This document shows positions 18,684 to 27,211 of a stretch of 43,646 nt of DNA, piece after piece (within the stretch, counting starts at the first letter, position 1; each line of letters opens with the position of its first letter). The notes under the pieces were generated by a model. That model did no database searches and was not told where the DNA came from. It saw nothing but the letters and a program-made list of their open reading frames with translations. The stretch is taken from contig JABIIH010000098.1 of assembly GCA_018649245.1 (NCBI GenBank), positions 1-43,646 on the forward strand, written 5' to 3'. A program made the position numbers and the translations under genes. This stretch comes from Rhodospirillaceae bacterium (lineage in GTDB: Bacteria; Pseudomonadota; Alphaproteobacteria; Rhodospirillales; UBA2165).

Positions 18684-20126
18684 ATGAAATTATTTGAGCC
18701 CCTGAATATCAACGGCATGGTTATTCCCAACCGGATTTTAGTGCCAGCCATGGTAACGCGCCTATCGGGTGAGGACGGCTTGATCAATCAAGACATCATT
18801 GATCGTTACGTCCGTTATGCGGAAGGTCAGGTGGGATTAATTGTCGTCGAAGCGATGGCCATACACGGCGCCAAGGCTGGCCCGTTGCTGCGTATCAGCG
18901 ACGATAGTTTCATTCCCGGCCACGCCGAGCTAACCAAGCAAATCCATGACACCTCTGATTCAAAAGTGGTGCCGCAAATTATTCATTTCATGAAAATTGC
19001 CCGCTCCGGCTGGCGTCAAACTCTCGATATGCTGTCGCCGCAAGATATTGACCAGATTATCGAGGAATTTGGTGATGCAGCTTTACGCGCGCGCGAGGCC
19101 GGTTATGACGGAGCCGAACTTCATGCGGCGCACGCCTATACCCTCTCATCATCACTTTCCCGCCTCAACGCCCGGCGGGATGAATATTCAGGCCGTACCC
19201 TAGAGGGCCGTTTGCGCATGGTCGGCAAAGTTGTCGCCAATGTGCGGACAAAGGTCGGCAATGACTTCCCTGTTGGCATCAGGATGCTGGCCGATGAGTA
19301 TTTGCGCGACGGCTATACCGTGAAAGATGCCAAATTAATTGCACTTAGAATGGCGCAACTGGGGCTCGATTATATTTCGCTTTCAGTCGGCGGAAAATTT
19401 GAGGATGCTGTTCATACGCCCGGAGAAATTCTCCATGGTTATTCCGGCTATTCCGGTGAGCGCTGTATGCCCGGTGACAATCACGCCGATATGCTGCATG
19501 TCCACCTCGCTGATGAGATTAAATCTTTCATCAATGCCAAAGGCTTCACGACTCCGATTGTGACAGCCGGTAAAATATCCAATCCGGCTCACGCCAAGAT
19601 GGTTATCGAGCAAGGTAAAGCTGATATTGTCGGTATTGCTCGTGGACTTTTGGCCGATGCGGATTGGGCCGTTAAAGTGCGGGATGGCCAAGAGGACCGC
19701 ATCGTTCATTGTACCTATTGCAATGTCTGCAAAGAATTGGATGGCGCCCATAAGGAAGTCCATTGCTTTTTGTGGCCCAAACACGCCCGCCAAGCGCCGC
19801 CTGATCAACCGGACAGTGACGCGCCGACTTGGGCAAGCAATGAAGGTGCACTCGATGCCACAGAAGAAGACGGTGTGGTCACGCTCAAATGGTCAAAAGC
19901 CGAGGGCGAAGTTTCGGGTTACGATGTCTATCGCGCCGACGACAATGGCGAGGTCGAGATTATCGAAGCCGTCAAAGGCTCGCGGTTGGTCGACCGCTCA
20001 ATTTTAGCCGGTATGCCTTATCGCTATTATATTCGGGCTTATAATAGTGTCGGTCAGGCCAGCGTGCCGTCGAACAGTGTTCTTATCGACCCCGCCCTGC
20101 CCGATTACGCGGCGGCCGTTGTTTAG
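18684..20126 (+). CDS. Old-yellow-enzyme-type NADH:flavin oxidoreductase with a 4Fe-4S-type Cys motif and a C-terminal fibronectin type III domain
   Basis: The N-terminus reads LFEPLNINGMVIPNRILVPAM, followed by YDGAELHAAHAY and DIVGIARGLLADADW (OYE TIM barrel). The Cys motif is C343-x2-C346-x2-C349-x11-C361. Residues aa ~385-470 read as FN3 (VTLKWSKAEGEVSGYDVYRADDNGE...YRYYIRAYNSVGQAS). Confidence 0.75.
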   Translation: MKLFEPLNINGMVIPNRILVPAMVTRLSGEDGLINQDIIDRYVRYAEGQVGLIVVEAMAIHGAKAGPLLRISDDSFIPGHAELTKQIHDTSDSKVVPQIIHFMKIARSGWRQTLDMLSPQDIDQIIEEFGDAALRAREAGYDGAELHAAHAYTLSSSLSRLNARRDEYSGRTLEGRLRMVGKVVANVRTKVGNDFPVGIRMLADEYLRDGYTVKDAKLIALRMAQLGLDYISLSVGGKFEDAVHTPGEILHGYSGYSGERCMPGDNHADMLHVHLADEIKSFINAKGFTTPIVTAGKISNPAHAKMVIEQGKADIVGIARGLLADADWAVKVRDGQEDRIVHCTYCNVCKELDGAHKEVHCFLWPKHARQAPPDQPDSDAPTWASNEGALDATEEDGVVTLKWSKAEGEVSGYDVYRADDNGEVEIIEAVKGSRLVDRSILAGMPYRYYIRAYNSVGQASVPSNSVLIDPALPDYAAAVV

Positions 20127-20150
20127 AGTTGGTAATTGAGGAGTATTTAT

Positions 20151-20657
20151 TCAGTCTCTGACACGAATTCGCACGAGTTCTGCCTCGGGGATTTCACTGG
20201 CGCGGGTCAGGATATAAATTGCCGCCGGCAACATCACTCCTGCCATAATCAGCGGCAGCATCCAAGTCTTGGCAATGAAGAGCACAACCACAGCCAAGCT
20301 TAGTGACATCATTGAAACCGCCATGATTTTTGCTTTTTTAGGTATGATGCGGTGATTGTCCCAATTTGAGACCACAGGTCCGAAGTATTTGTGACCGTAC
20401 AGCCAGCCATGGAAACGTTTTGAGGACCGCGCAAAAGCCCAGGCGGCCATAATTAAGAAAACCGTTGTCGGTATGCCGGGGGTGATGGCACCGATGGCGC
20501 CCAAGGCAACACAAAACCAGCCAAAAAAGATCAGCACAGGCCGTAACCAAGGCTTTGCCTCGGGAACTGGGCAGCGGTCCATGTGTTCAAGGTTGATCTT
20601 ATTTTCGCTCATAATAGCTATATGAGAACCGTTCTCACCATATTCAATGAATTTCAT
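20151..20657 (-). CDS. DUF454 / YbaN-family inner membrane protein
   Basis: Contains GIPTTVFLIMAAWAFARSSKRFHGWLYGHKYFGP...NW, as in YbaN-like proteins. The true start may be the internal MDRCPVP. Confidence 0.6.
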   Translation of the reverse strand: MKFIEYGENGSHIAIMSENKINLEHMDRCPVPEAKPWLRPVLIFFGWFCVALGAIGAITPGIPTTVFLIMAAWAFARSSKRFHGWLYGHKYFGPVVSNWDNHRIIPKKAKIMAVSMMSLSLAVVVLFIAKTWMLPLIMAGVMLPAAIYILTRASEIPEAELVRIRVRD

Positions 20658-20720
20658 CGACTAATTTACTAGGATTTTCACGTATATCCTTGATCGTGGT
20701 TAATTCTTGGAAATTAACGG

Positions 20721-21875
20721 CTATTTGTACGGATCAGCAGCATCTCTCAGGCCATCGCCAAAGAAATTAAAGGCCAGCACGGTAACAATCACCGGAATTG
20801 CCGGAAACAGTAACCACGGATAGACGGCGACGGCTTGGAAATTTTGCGCTTCGACCAATAATACGCCCCATGAGGTTACCGGTGGTCTTAAGCCCAGCCC
20901 AAGGAAACTCAAAGCGGTTTCAGCCAGGATCATTGACGGAATTGAAAGTGTTGCTGAGGCGATCAAATGGCTCATGAAATTAGGCAATAAATGCCGCGCA
21001 ATAATCCGCTTTGGCGGCGCCCCCATCAAGGCTGCCGCAGTACAGAAATCTTCCTCACGCAGCGCCAATAGTTTAGATCTGACGGCACGCGCCAGTCCCG
21101 GCCAATCAACCAGCCCTAAGATGATGGTGAGGCCAAAGAACACCGTGATGGCGCTCCAATCCTCCGGCATGGCGGCTGAAAGTCCCATCCACAATGGCAA
21201 TTCAGGTATCGAGCGCAGGATTTCGATCGTGCGTTGGGCGACATTATCGACCCAGCCACCGAAATAACCGGCTGCCCCGCCGATGGTGAGTCCAAGCAAA
21301 AAGCTAATGGCGATGCCGACCATACCAACGGTGAGCGAAATTCTAGCGCCATAGATCATACGCGACCAAATATCGCGCCCCAGCCGGTCGGTGCCTAGAA
21401 AAAAGAACGTGCCGCCATCAGCCGGACAAATCAAATGAAGATCGGCTTCAAACAGGTTCCAGAACTCATATTTATCGCCACTACAGAAAAAGCGGAGTTT
21501 TTGAATCCGGTTTGGATTGGGCGTGTAATCGCGCCTGAGAGTTTCCAGATTTAGCTTATAATCGAGGCCATAGACAAAGGGCCCTTCAAAGCCGTTATCG
21601 CTGAACAGATGAATCTGCTGCGGTGGCGCAAAAATATGATCGGTATGACGATTGAGCAGATCATAGGGAGCGATGAACTCGGTGATAAAGATCGACAGGT
21701 ATAAAACTGCCAGAACAGCACCGGCGGCAACGGCAATTTTGTGGCGCTTCAATCGCCACCACATCATACGCCACTGGGACGCCATATAGAAGCGTTCCTG
21801 CTCAGCCGATAGTTCCTCCACCTCCTGCGGGTTGAAGGGATCAGGCGAGACGAAATGTTCGAGTTTATCGCTCAT
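20721..21875 (-). CDS. ABC transporter permease, peptide/opine/nickel (Dpp/Opp/YejE-like) family
   Basis: Multiple TM segments and the binding-protein-dependent permease EAA-type loop (ALMGAPPKRIIARHLLPN). Its start overlaps the upstream permease stop by 4 nt. Confidence 0.85.
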   Translation of the reverse strand: MSDKLEHFVSPDPFNPQEVEELSAEQERFYMASQWRMMWWRLKRHKIAVAAGAVLAVLYLSIFITEFIAPYDLLNRHTDHIFAPPQQIHLFSDNGFEGPFVYGLDYKLNLETLRRDYTPNPNRIQKLRFFCSGDKYEFWNLFEADLHLICPADGGTFFFLGTDRLGRDIWSRMIYGARISLTVGMVGIAISFLLGLTIGGAAGYFGGWVDNVAQRTIEILRSIPELPLWMGLSAAMPEDWSAITVFFGLTIILGLVDWPGLARAVRSKLLALREEDFCTAAALMGAPPKRIIARHLLPNFMSHLIASATLSIPSMILAETALSFLGLGLRPPVTSWGVLLVEAQNFQAVAVYPWLLFPAIPVIVTVLAFNFFGDGLRDAADPYK

Positions 21876-22867
21876 TTGCGCGTGCCCTCCAGTCGAATAC
21901 GAGGATCAAGCACCGCTAGCAGCAGATCGGAAATAAACATCCCAACCACGGTTAGGAGCGAAACAAACAGCAGGAATGAGCCGGCCAGGAACATATCTTG
22001 GCTCGTGAGAGCATCGAGAATAACCGGCCCAGTCGTCGGCAAATCCATGATCACGGCAACGATAACAGCGCCCGAGATGACTTGCGGCAACAGGTTACCA
22101 ATGTCGGCAATGAATGGATTGAGGGCCATGCGCAGTGGGTATTTCAGCAGCAATTTCCCTTCCGGCAGACCTTTCGCCCGCGCTGTTACGACATATTGTT
22201 TGTGCAGCTCATCAAGCAAATTGGCCCGCAACCGCCTTATCATGCCAGCCGTTCCCGAAGTCCCGATAACCACCACCGGAACAATCAAATGCTCTAGCAG
22301 CGACAGTATTTTATCGAACGTCCACGGCTGGTTTTCGAAAGATGGATCAACCAGGCCACCAATCGAAGTACCAAAATATTTACGCGCCAAGAACATTAAA
22401 ATCAGCGCCAGCAGAAAGTTTGGCGTCGCCAGTCCAATAAACCCGACAAAGGTAAGTCCGTGATCACCCCAGCTGTATTGATGGGTCGCTGAATAAACGC
22501 CGATCGGAAAGGCAACAATATAAATAAAAACGATAATGCTAAAATTGAGAATAAGCGAAAATACAAACACTTCACCGATGACTTCCGTGACCGGCAAATC
22601 AAATTCGATCGAGCGACCGAAATCACCCTGCACAACGCCACCAATCCAAGAAAGATATTGCAGCCAAACTGGCTTATCGAGACCAAACTCTTCTTTTAAA
22701 TACGCAATTTTCTGAGGATCGACCGCCTCGCCTTGGCTTTCCAGCTCAGCAATATAGCTGGTCAGATAATCTCCTTCGGGCAGTTGAATAATGACGAATA
22801 CCAATGCGCTGACAACCAGCAACGTCAGGATCATCGTCAAAATCCGGCGGGCGAAATAATTAAGCAT
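21872..22867 (-). CDS. ABC transporter permease, peptide/opine/nickel (Dpp/Opp/YejB-like) family
   Basis: The N-terminus MLNYFARRILTMILTLLVVSALVFVIIQLPEGD is typical of DppB/OppB/YejB. The EAA-type loop reads YVVTARAKGLPEGKLLLKYPLRMALNP. Confidence 0.85.
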   Translation of the reverse strand: MLNYFARRILTMILTLLVVSALVFVIIQLPEGDYLTSYIAELESQGEAVDPQKIAYLKEEFGLDKPVWLQYLSWIGGVVQGDFGRSIEFDLPVTEVIGEVFVFSLILNFSIIVFIYIVAFPIGVYSATHQYSWGDHGLTFVGFIGLATPNFLLALILMFLARKYFGTSIGGLVDPSFENQPWTFDKILSLLEHLIVPVVVIGTSGTAGMIRRLRANLLDELHKQYVVTARAKGLPEGKLLLKYPLRMALNPFIADIGNLLPQVISGAVIVAVIMDLPTTGPVILDALTSQDMFLAGSFLLFVSLLTVVGMFISDLLLAVLDPRIRLEGTRK

Positions 22868-22872
22868 GGGGT

Positions 22873-24798
22873 CTAATTCAACTTTCTTTTTGTATTCTTC
22901 GCACTAAACCAGAATTGATCGGGACGATAGACGCCAAAATGCGCGCCGGGATCCCAATTATAAATTGCTACTTTCGGCACATTTCTTAAATTCTTTTTGG
23001 TCACAACTACCTGCGGCACACTGGATATGATACCAATCGAAAAAAGCTGATTGGTGTATATGTCAAGCATCTCAGTCCAAATACGATGGCGCTCGTCTCG
23101 GCTCGTGGCGCCAGCCCAAACTTTATTCAGCTCGGCCAATTTAACCGCCAGCGGCATATCAGTTTTCTCTCCAGCCCGGCCACGGGTTTCAACATGCTGG
23201 CCCCATTTTGGCCATTGCAATTGTTGCTGACTGGTTGGCGCCAGCTCCTGCGGGCTCGAATCCGGGCTTGGAATTCCGTTCTCCAAACCGAACCACATCG
23301 ACATTTTAACCAGACCACTAAATATCCGATTGCGTAAAACATCGCGCTGCATCGGTTTTAAGAACAGTTTGATGCCAATATTGCGCCATGAATCACGGAT
23401 TAGTTCCATCACATCGGAGGGCTCGGATTCTTCGGTCGAAAATACCACCGTCAATTCCAGCCGTTTGCCGTTCGGCAATAGCCGGATACCGGCCGGTGTT
23501 TTTTTGGTCAGCCCCATTTCATCAAGCAATGCATTGGCGCGTTTTATATCAAATGTCGCCCAACGTTTTTGAAACTTTGGTTGATAGAGCGGGCTTTCCG
23601 GCAACACCGTATTATTGCCTTCCCGCGCCAAACCATAATAAATCACCTGGTTGATCTCACGGCGATTAATACCGAGTGACATGGCCCGTCTAAACCGTAC
23701 ATCCCGGAATAGTTTACGCCACACCGGGTCTTGCACTGTCAAATTGGGGAACAATGCCCAGCGCGAGCCTTTGGCGGTTCGCCACAACAGGGTCGAGAAA
23801 CCAGATTGCTTTTCCGATTGTTTGAGTGCCGTAACGTTACTGAAATTGAGTCCACGGGCCTGCAGATCGCTCTCGCCGCTGCCGGTTTTTATCGGGATCA
23901 ATTTGTTGTTGGTCACATTCATCCGGACTTCATCGATATAAGGCAGCTGCCGGCCTTTAGCATCGATCCGATAATAATAAGGATTGCGCTTGAAGGCAAA
24001 ACGCTTGGCCGGTGGCTTGGTGGCTAACATCCAGGGCTGCAGGGTCGGCAAATCCGGATTGGCATTTTTATATTGCTGGCCGACGGCATAATGAAGGGCC
24101 ACCCAATTGCGTTTTTTAGCCGCTTTTACTTGTGCCTGCAAAGTCGCAGCATCGGTATATTTGGCATGGTACTTTTTCATATAATGAGCTGGCCGGTAGA
24201 GATATAACGGCCGTGCGCCCGCTAAACGGGGTAGGAAGAACGGATTTGGCTTGGACCAGCTATAGCGGATGGTAACATCGTCAAGCACCTCAAATTTCGC
24301 CCGTTCACCATCAACGATTAAAGCCGCCGGCGGACTTTCGTTGCGGACTTCAGTATTGGTCGCAACATCTTCCCAGTAATAGCGGAAATCTTCCGCGGTG
24401 AATGGATGCCCATCCGACCATTTATGGCCAGCTCGCAAATGAAGCGTAAAAATACGCCCTTCCTTAACGTCAAGCTTAGCCAATATATCCGGCTTGATGT
24501 TAAAGCTTTGATCGTACCCGGCCAATCTCGCATAACCATAAACCACCATTTGGCGGGTGTCTTTTTTGCGGCCCATAAGAATATTGAGTCGGCCACCGTG
24601 GCGTCCAGGTTCAACACCCTCTCCGGTAAAGTTTACAACTGACGGATTTTTCGGAATACGCTGGGCTACTGGCGGCAACTTGCCGGCTTCAACATCAGTC
24701 TTCAGGCTGGGTGTTTCGACGAGATCCATCGCCCGGGCTGAAGTAATCGGCAATGATACTAAAATAGATAATAGGCTGATTAAAAAAGATTTTTTCAT
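22873..24798 (-). CDS. ABC transporter substrate-binding protein, family 5 (YejA/OppA-like), secreted
   Basis: Signal peptide MKKSFLISLLSILVSLPITSARA. At 641 aa it has the size and pattern of family-5 SBPs (WSDGHPFTAEDFRYYW). Confidence 0.85.
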   Translation of the reverse strand: MKKSFLISLLSILVSLPITSARAMDLVETPSLKTDVEAGKLPPVAQRIPKNPSVVNFTGEGVEPGRHGGRLNILMGRKKDTRQMVVYGYARLAGYDQSFNIKPDILAKLDVKEGRIFTLHLRAGHKWSDGHPFTAEDFRYYWEDVATNTEVRNESPPAALIVDGERAKFEVLDDVTIRYSWSKPNPFFLPRLAGARPLYLYRPAHYMKKYHAKYTDAATLQAQVKAAKKRNWVALHYAVGQQYKNANPDLPTLQPWMLATKPPAKRFAFKRNPYYYRIDAKGRQLPYIDEVRMNVTNNKLIPIKTGSGESDLQARGLNFSNVTALKQSEKQSGFSTLLWRTAKGSRWALFPNLTVQDPVWRKLFRDVRFRRAMSLGINRREINQVIYYGLAREGNNTVLPESPLYQPKFQKRWATFDIKRANALLDEMGLTKKTPAGIRLLPNGKRLELTVVFSTEESEPSDVMELIRDSWRNIGIKLFLKPMQRDVLRNRIFSGLVKMSMWFGLENGIPSPDSSPQELAPTSQQQLQWPKWGQHVETRGRAGEKTDMPLAVKLAELNKVWAGATSRDERHRIWTEMLDIYTNQLFSIGIISSVPQVVVTKKNLRNVPKVAIYNWDPGAHFGVYRPDQFWFSAKNTKRKLN

Positions 24799-24799
24799 C

Positions 24800-26713
24800 T
24801 TAGGATGCCTTTCTCAATTCAGCGCCGTCACCAGCAACGCGGACAAAATGCTGGTCGGCAATTTCCATCAATTGGGCATCGGCATCACCGTTTAAGGTAA
24901 AGGGAGCCGGCCAAGCTGCAGGCACCGAAGCCTTGCCTTCCATCAAGGCATCAAAATCCAATTGACGGTCAGGATCGGGATACGGCACAGCGGCTAAAAG
25001 GGCTTTGGTATAGGGATGAATTGGGTCTCGGAATAGAATTTCCCGGGGCGCGACTTCGACCAACCGGCCAGCGCACATAACGGCTATATTGTCAGCAACA
25101 TAATCGACCACGGCCAAATTATGAGAAACAAACAAATAGGTGAGCCCAAGCTCTTCCTGCAGGTCTTTCAAGAGATTTAGAATTTGCGCCTGAATAGATA
25201 CATCAAGGGCTGAAACCGGTTCGTCACATAACAACAGTTCAGGTTTTAAGGCTAACGAGCGCGCAATGCTAATCCGCTGGCGCTGTCCGCCGGAAAAACT
25301 ATGAGGATAGCGATTGAGGAAGCGTGGATCGAGACCAACCAAATTCATCAGCTCTTTCACCATCTCAATGCGATATGCAGCGTCGCCAATTTTATGAATA
25401 TCCAATGGTTCACTGACGATATCAAATACTGTCATCCGTGGGTTAAGCGACCCAAATGGGTCTTGGAAGACATACTGATATTTGGTCCTGAACGGAATTA
25501 ATTCAGCGCCGCTTAAATTGGTTAAATTAACGTCGGTGCCGGCGTCATTAAAGATTACCTCACCGGTATCAGGCTTCAATGCGCGCATAATAATTTTACT
25601 GAGGGTGGTTTTACCGCAGCCGCTTTCACCCACCAGGCCCAGTGTCGTGCCGCGCTGAATATCAAAGCTTACATCGTCCACGGCTTTTATCGTATCGTGG
25701 CCGGAGCCAAACATGCCGCCTTTGCGGATGCTGTATGATTTGGAAATATTACGCACGCTTAAAAGTGGCCGCGTATCAGCAGCGTCAATTTCCGGACGTT
25801 CATCAGGTTCCAATAGATGACCGGTGGTATGCTCAATCTCGCGGATCGGCACTAGGCGCTCACCCGGCTTCATATCAAAATGCGGCACTGCGCGCAGCAA
25901 TGATTGGAGATAAGGATGGGATGGCGCACGGTAAATATCGTCTTTCGTCCCGGCTTCGGTAATTCTGCCGTTATACATCACCACAATTTCATCTGCGATA
26001 TTCGCCACTACTCCCAGGTCATGAGTAATAATGAGCACTGCCATTTCTAAATCGGTTTGCAGGTCGGCAATCAATTTCAATATTTGGGCTTGAATCGTCA
26101 CGTCCAAAGCCGTGGTTGGCTCATCGGCGATCAACAAGGCCGGGCGACAGACGAGCGCCATGGCGATCATAGCACGTTGACGCAATCCGCCGGAAAGCTC
26201 AAAAGGATAAGTATCGAGCGCTTTTTTCGGATCTGGAAAACCTACGACCCGCAACATTTCTTCAACCGCTTCATAGGCAGTAGGTTTATTTACATCACTA
26301 TGCAGCAGCATTGCCTCGCTAATTTGATTGCCGATGGTATGCAGCGGTGACAGCGACGTCATTGGTTCCTGGAAAATCATTGAAATACGGCCGCCACGAA
26401 TGGCTTGCATGGCTTTGCCGTTGCGATCCAACTCGGCGATGTTAGTGGCCCCAAAACGACGTTCCGGACTTACATGCAATTCTGAGCGCTGCGGATCAGC
26501 AAACAAAATTTCGCCGCCGGTAATCATTGCCGCTTTCGGCAAAATTCCCATGATGGCTTGCGCAATCGTCGATTTACCGGAACCAGATTCGCCAACAATG
26601 GCGACCGTAGACCCTGGCTGCACCCGAAAAGAGACACCGGCAACGGCCTGCACTGTCCCAGAGGGCACCTGAAACTCAACGGATAAATTGTTTACCTGCA
26701 ATAGTTCATTCAT
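24800..26713 (-). CDS. ABC transporter ATP-binding protein with two fused ATPase domains (YejF-like)
   Basis: NBD1 carries GESGSGKST, LSGGLRQR and LLIADEPTTALD. NBD2 carries GESGCGKTT, FSGGQRQR and LLLCDEPVSALD. Confidence 0.9.
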   Translation of the reverse strand: MNELLQVNNLSVEFQVPSGTVQAVAGVSFRVQPGSTVAIVGESGSGKSTIAQAIMGILPKAAMITGGEILFADPQRSELHVSPERRFGATNIAELDRNGKAMQAIRGGRISMIFQEPMTSLSPLHTIGNQISEAMLLHSDVNKPTAYEAVEEMLRVVGFPDPKKALDTYPFELSGGLRQRAMIAMALVCRPALLIADEPTTALDVTIQAQILKLIADLQTDLEMAVLIITHDLGVVANIADEIVVMYNGRITEAGTKDDIYRAPSHPYLQSLLRAVPHFDMKPGERLVPIREIEHTTGHLLEPDERPEIDAADTRPLLSVRNISKSYSIRKGGMFGSGHDTIKAVDDVSFDIQRGTTLGLVGESGCGKTTLSKIIMRALKPDTGEVIFNDAGTDVNLTNLSGAELIPFRTKYQYVFQDPFGSLNPRMTVFDIVSEPLDIHKIGDAAYRIEMVKELMNLVGLDPRFLNRYPHSFSGGQRQRISIARSLALKPELLLCDEPVSALDVSIQAQILNLLKDLQEELGLTYLFVSHNLAVVDYVADNIAVMCAGRLVEVAPREILFRDPIHPYTKALLAAVPYPDPDRQLDFDALMEGKASVPAAWPAPFTLNGDADAQLMEIADQHFVRVAGDGAELRKAS

Positions 26714-27210
26714 GCTGGCTGCCCACTCTCAGGTATCCTGATATTAAGCGCGTCTATATTGCGCAGCGTCGCACTACTCAATTCCAACTTATTCTGCATC
26801 GCTGCGCGAACGGAGTTGAGAACAACCTGTTCAAAATCGGACAAATTAGACTCAAAGCGAAAGGTATGACCGGCGCCTTTTAGACGTAACTGCATCCACC
26901 CATTACCGCCGCTCCGCCAAGTCGTAAAATATGACAGCGAAAGATCGGTGAGTTTTTCCCAGGGAATAGCTCGATACTTAAAAATCTTCATCGTAATCTT
27001 TTGTTCATCCAATTCTATGCGTGCAAATTGGCGGCACAATGTCCGCAATCCATAAAGCGCAAATAAAGCCGCGCAACCAAGCAGGATTAGCACACCGCCA
27101 GCAGCTTTCGCCCCTAATACATAGGGAGCAAAACAAAAATTAAACCCCACAAAAGCACGAAAATAATCGGCTCGAAGATTGACGAGGGAATAGCCGTGAT
27201 TCGTTATCAT
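26710..27210 (-). CDS. Hypothetical membrane protein (two TM segments plus a possible bacterial PH-like domain)
   Basis: Hydrophobic segments FVGFNFCFAPYVLGA and GGVLILLGCAALFALYGL are followed by a beta-rich region (IELDEQKITMKIFKYRAIPWEKLTDLSLSYF...GWMQLRLKGAGHTFRFES). It starts 1 nt after the upstream stop and overlaps the downstream ATPase start by 4 nt. Confidence 0.55.
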   Translation of the reverse strand: MITNHGYSLVNLRADYFRAFVGFNFCFAPYVLGAKAAGGVLILLGCAALFALYGLRTLCRQFARIELDEQKITMKIFKYRAIPWEKLTDLSLSYFTTWRSGGNGWMQLRLKGAGHTFRFESNLSDFEQVVLNSVRAAMQNKLELSSATLRNIDALNIRIPESGQPA

Positions 27211-27211
27211 T

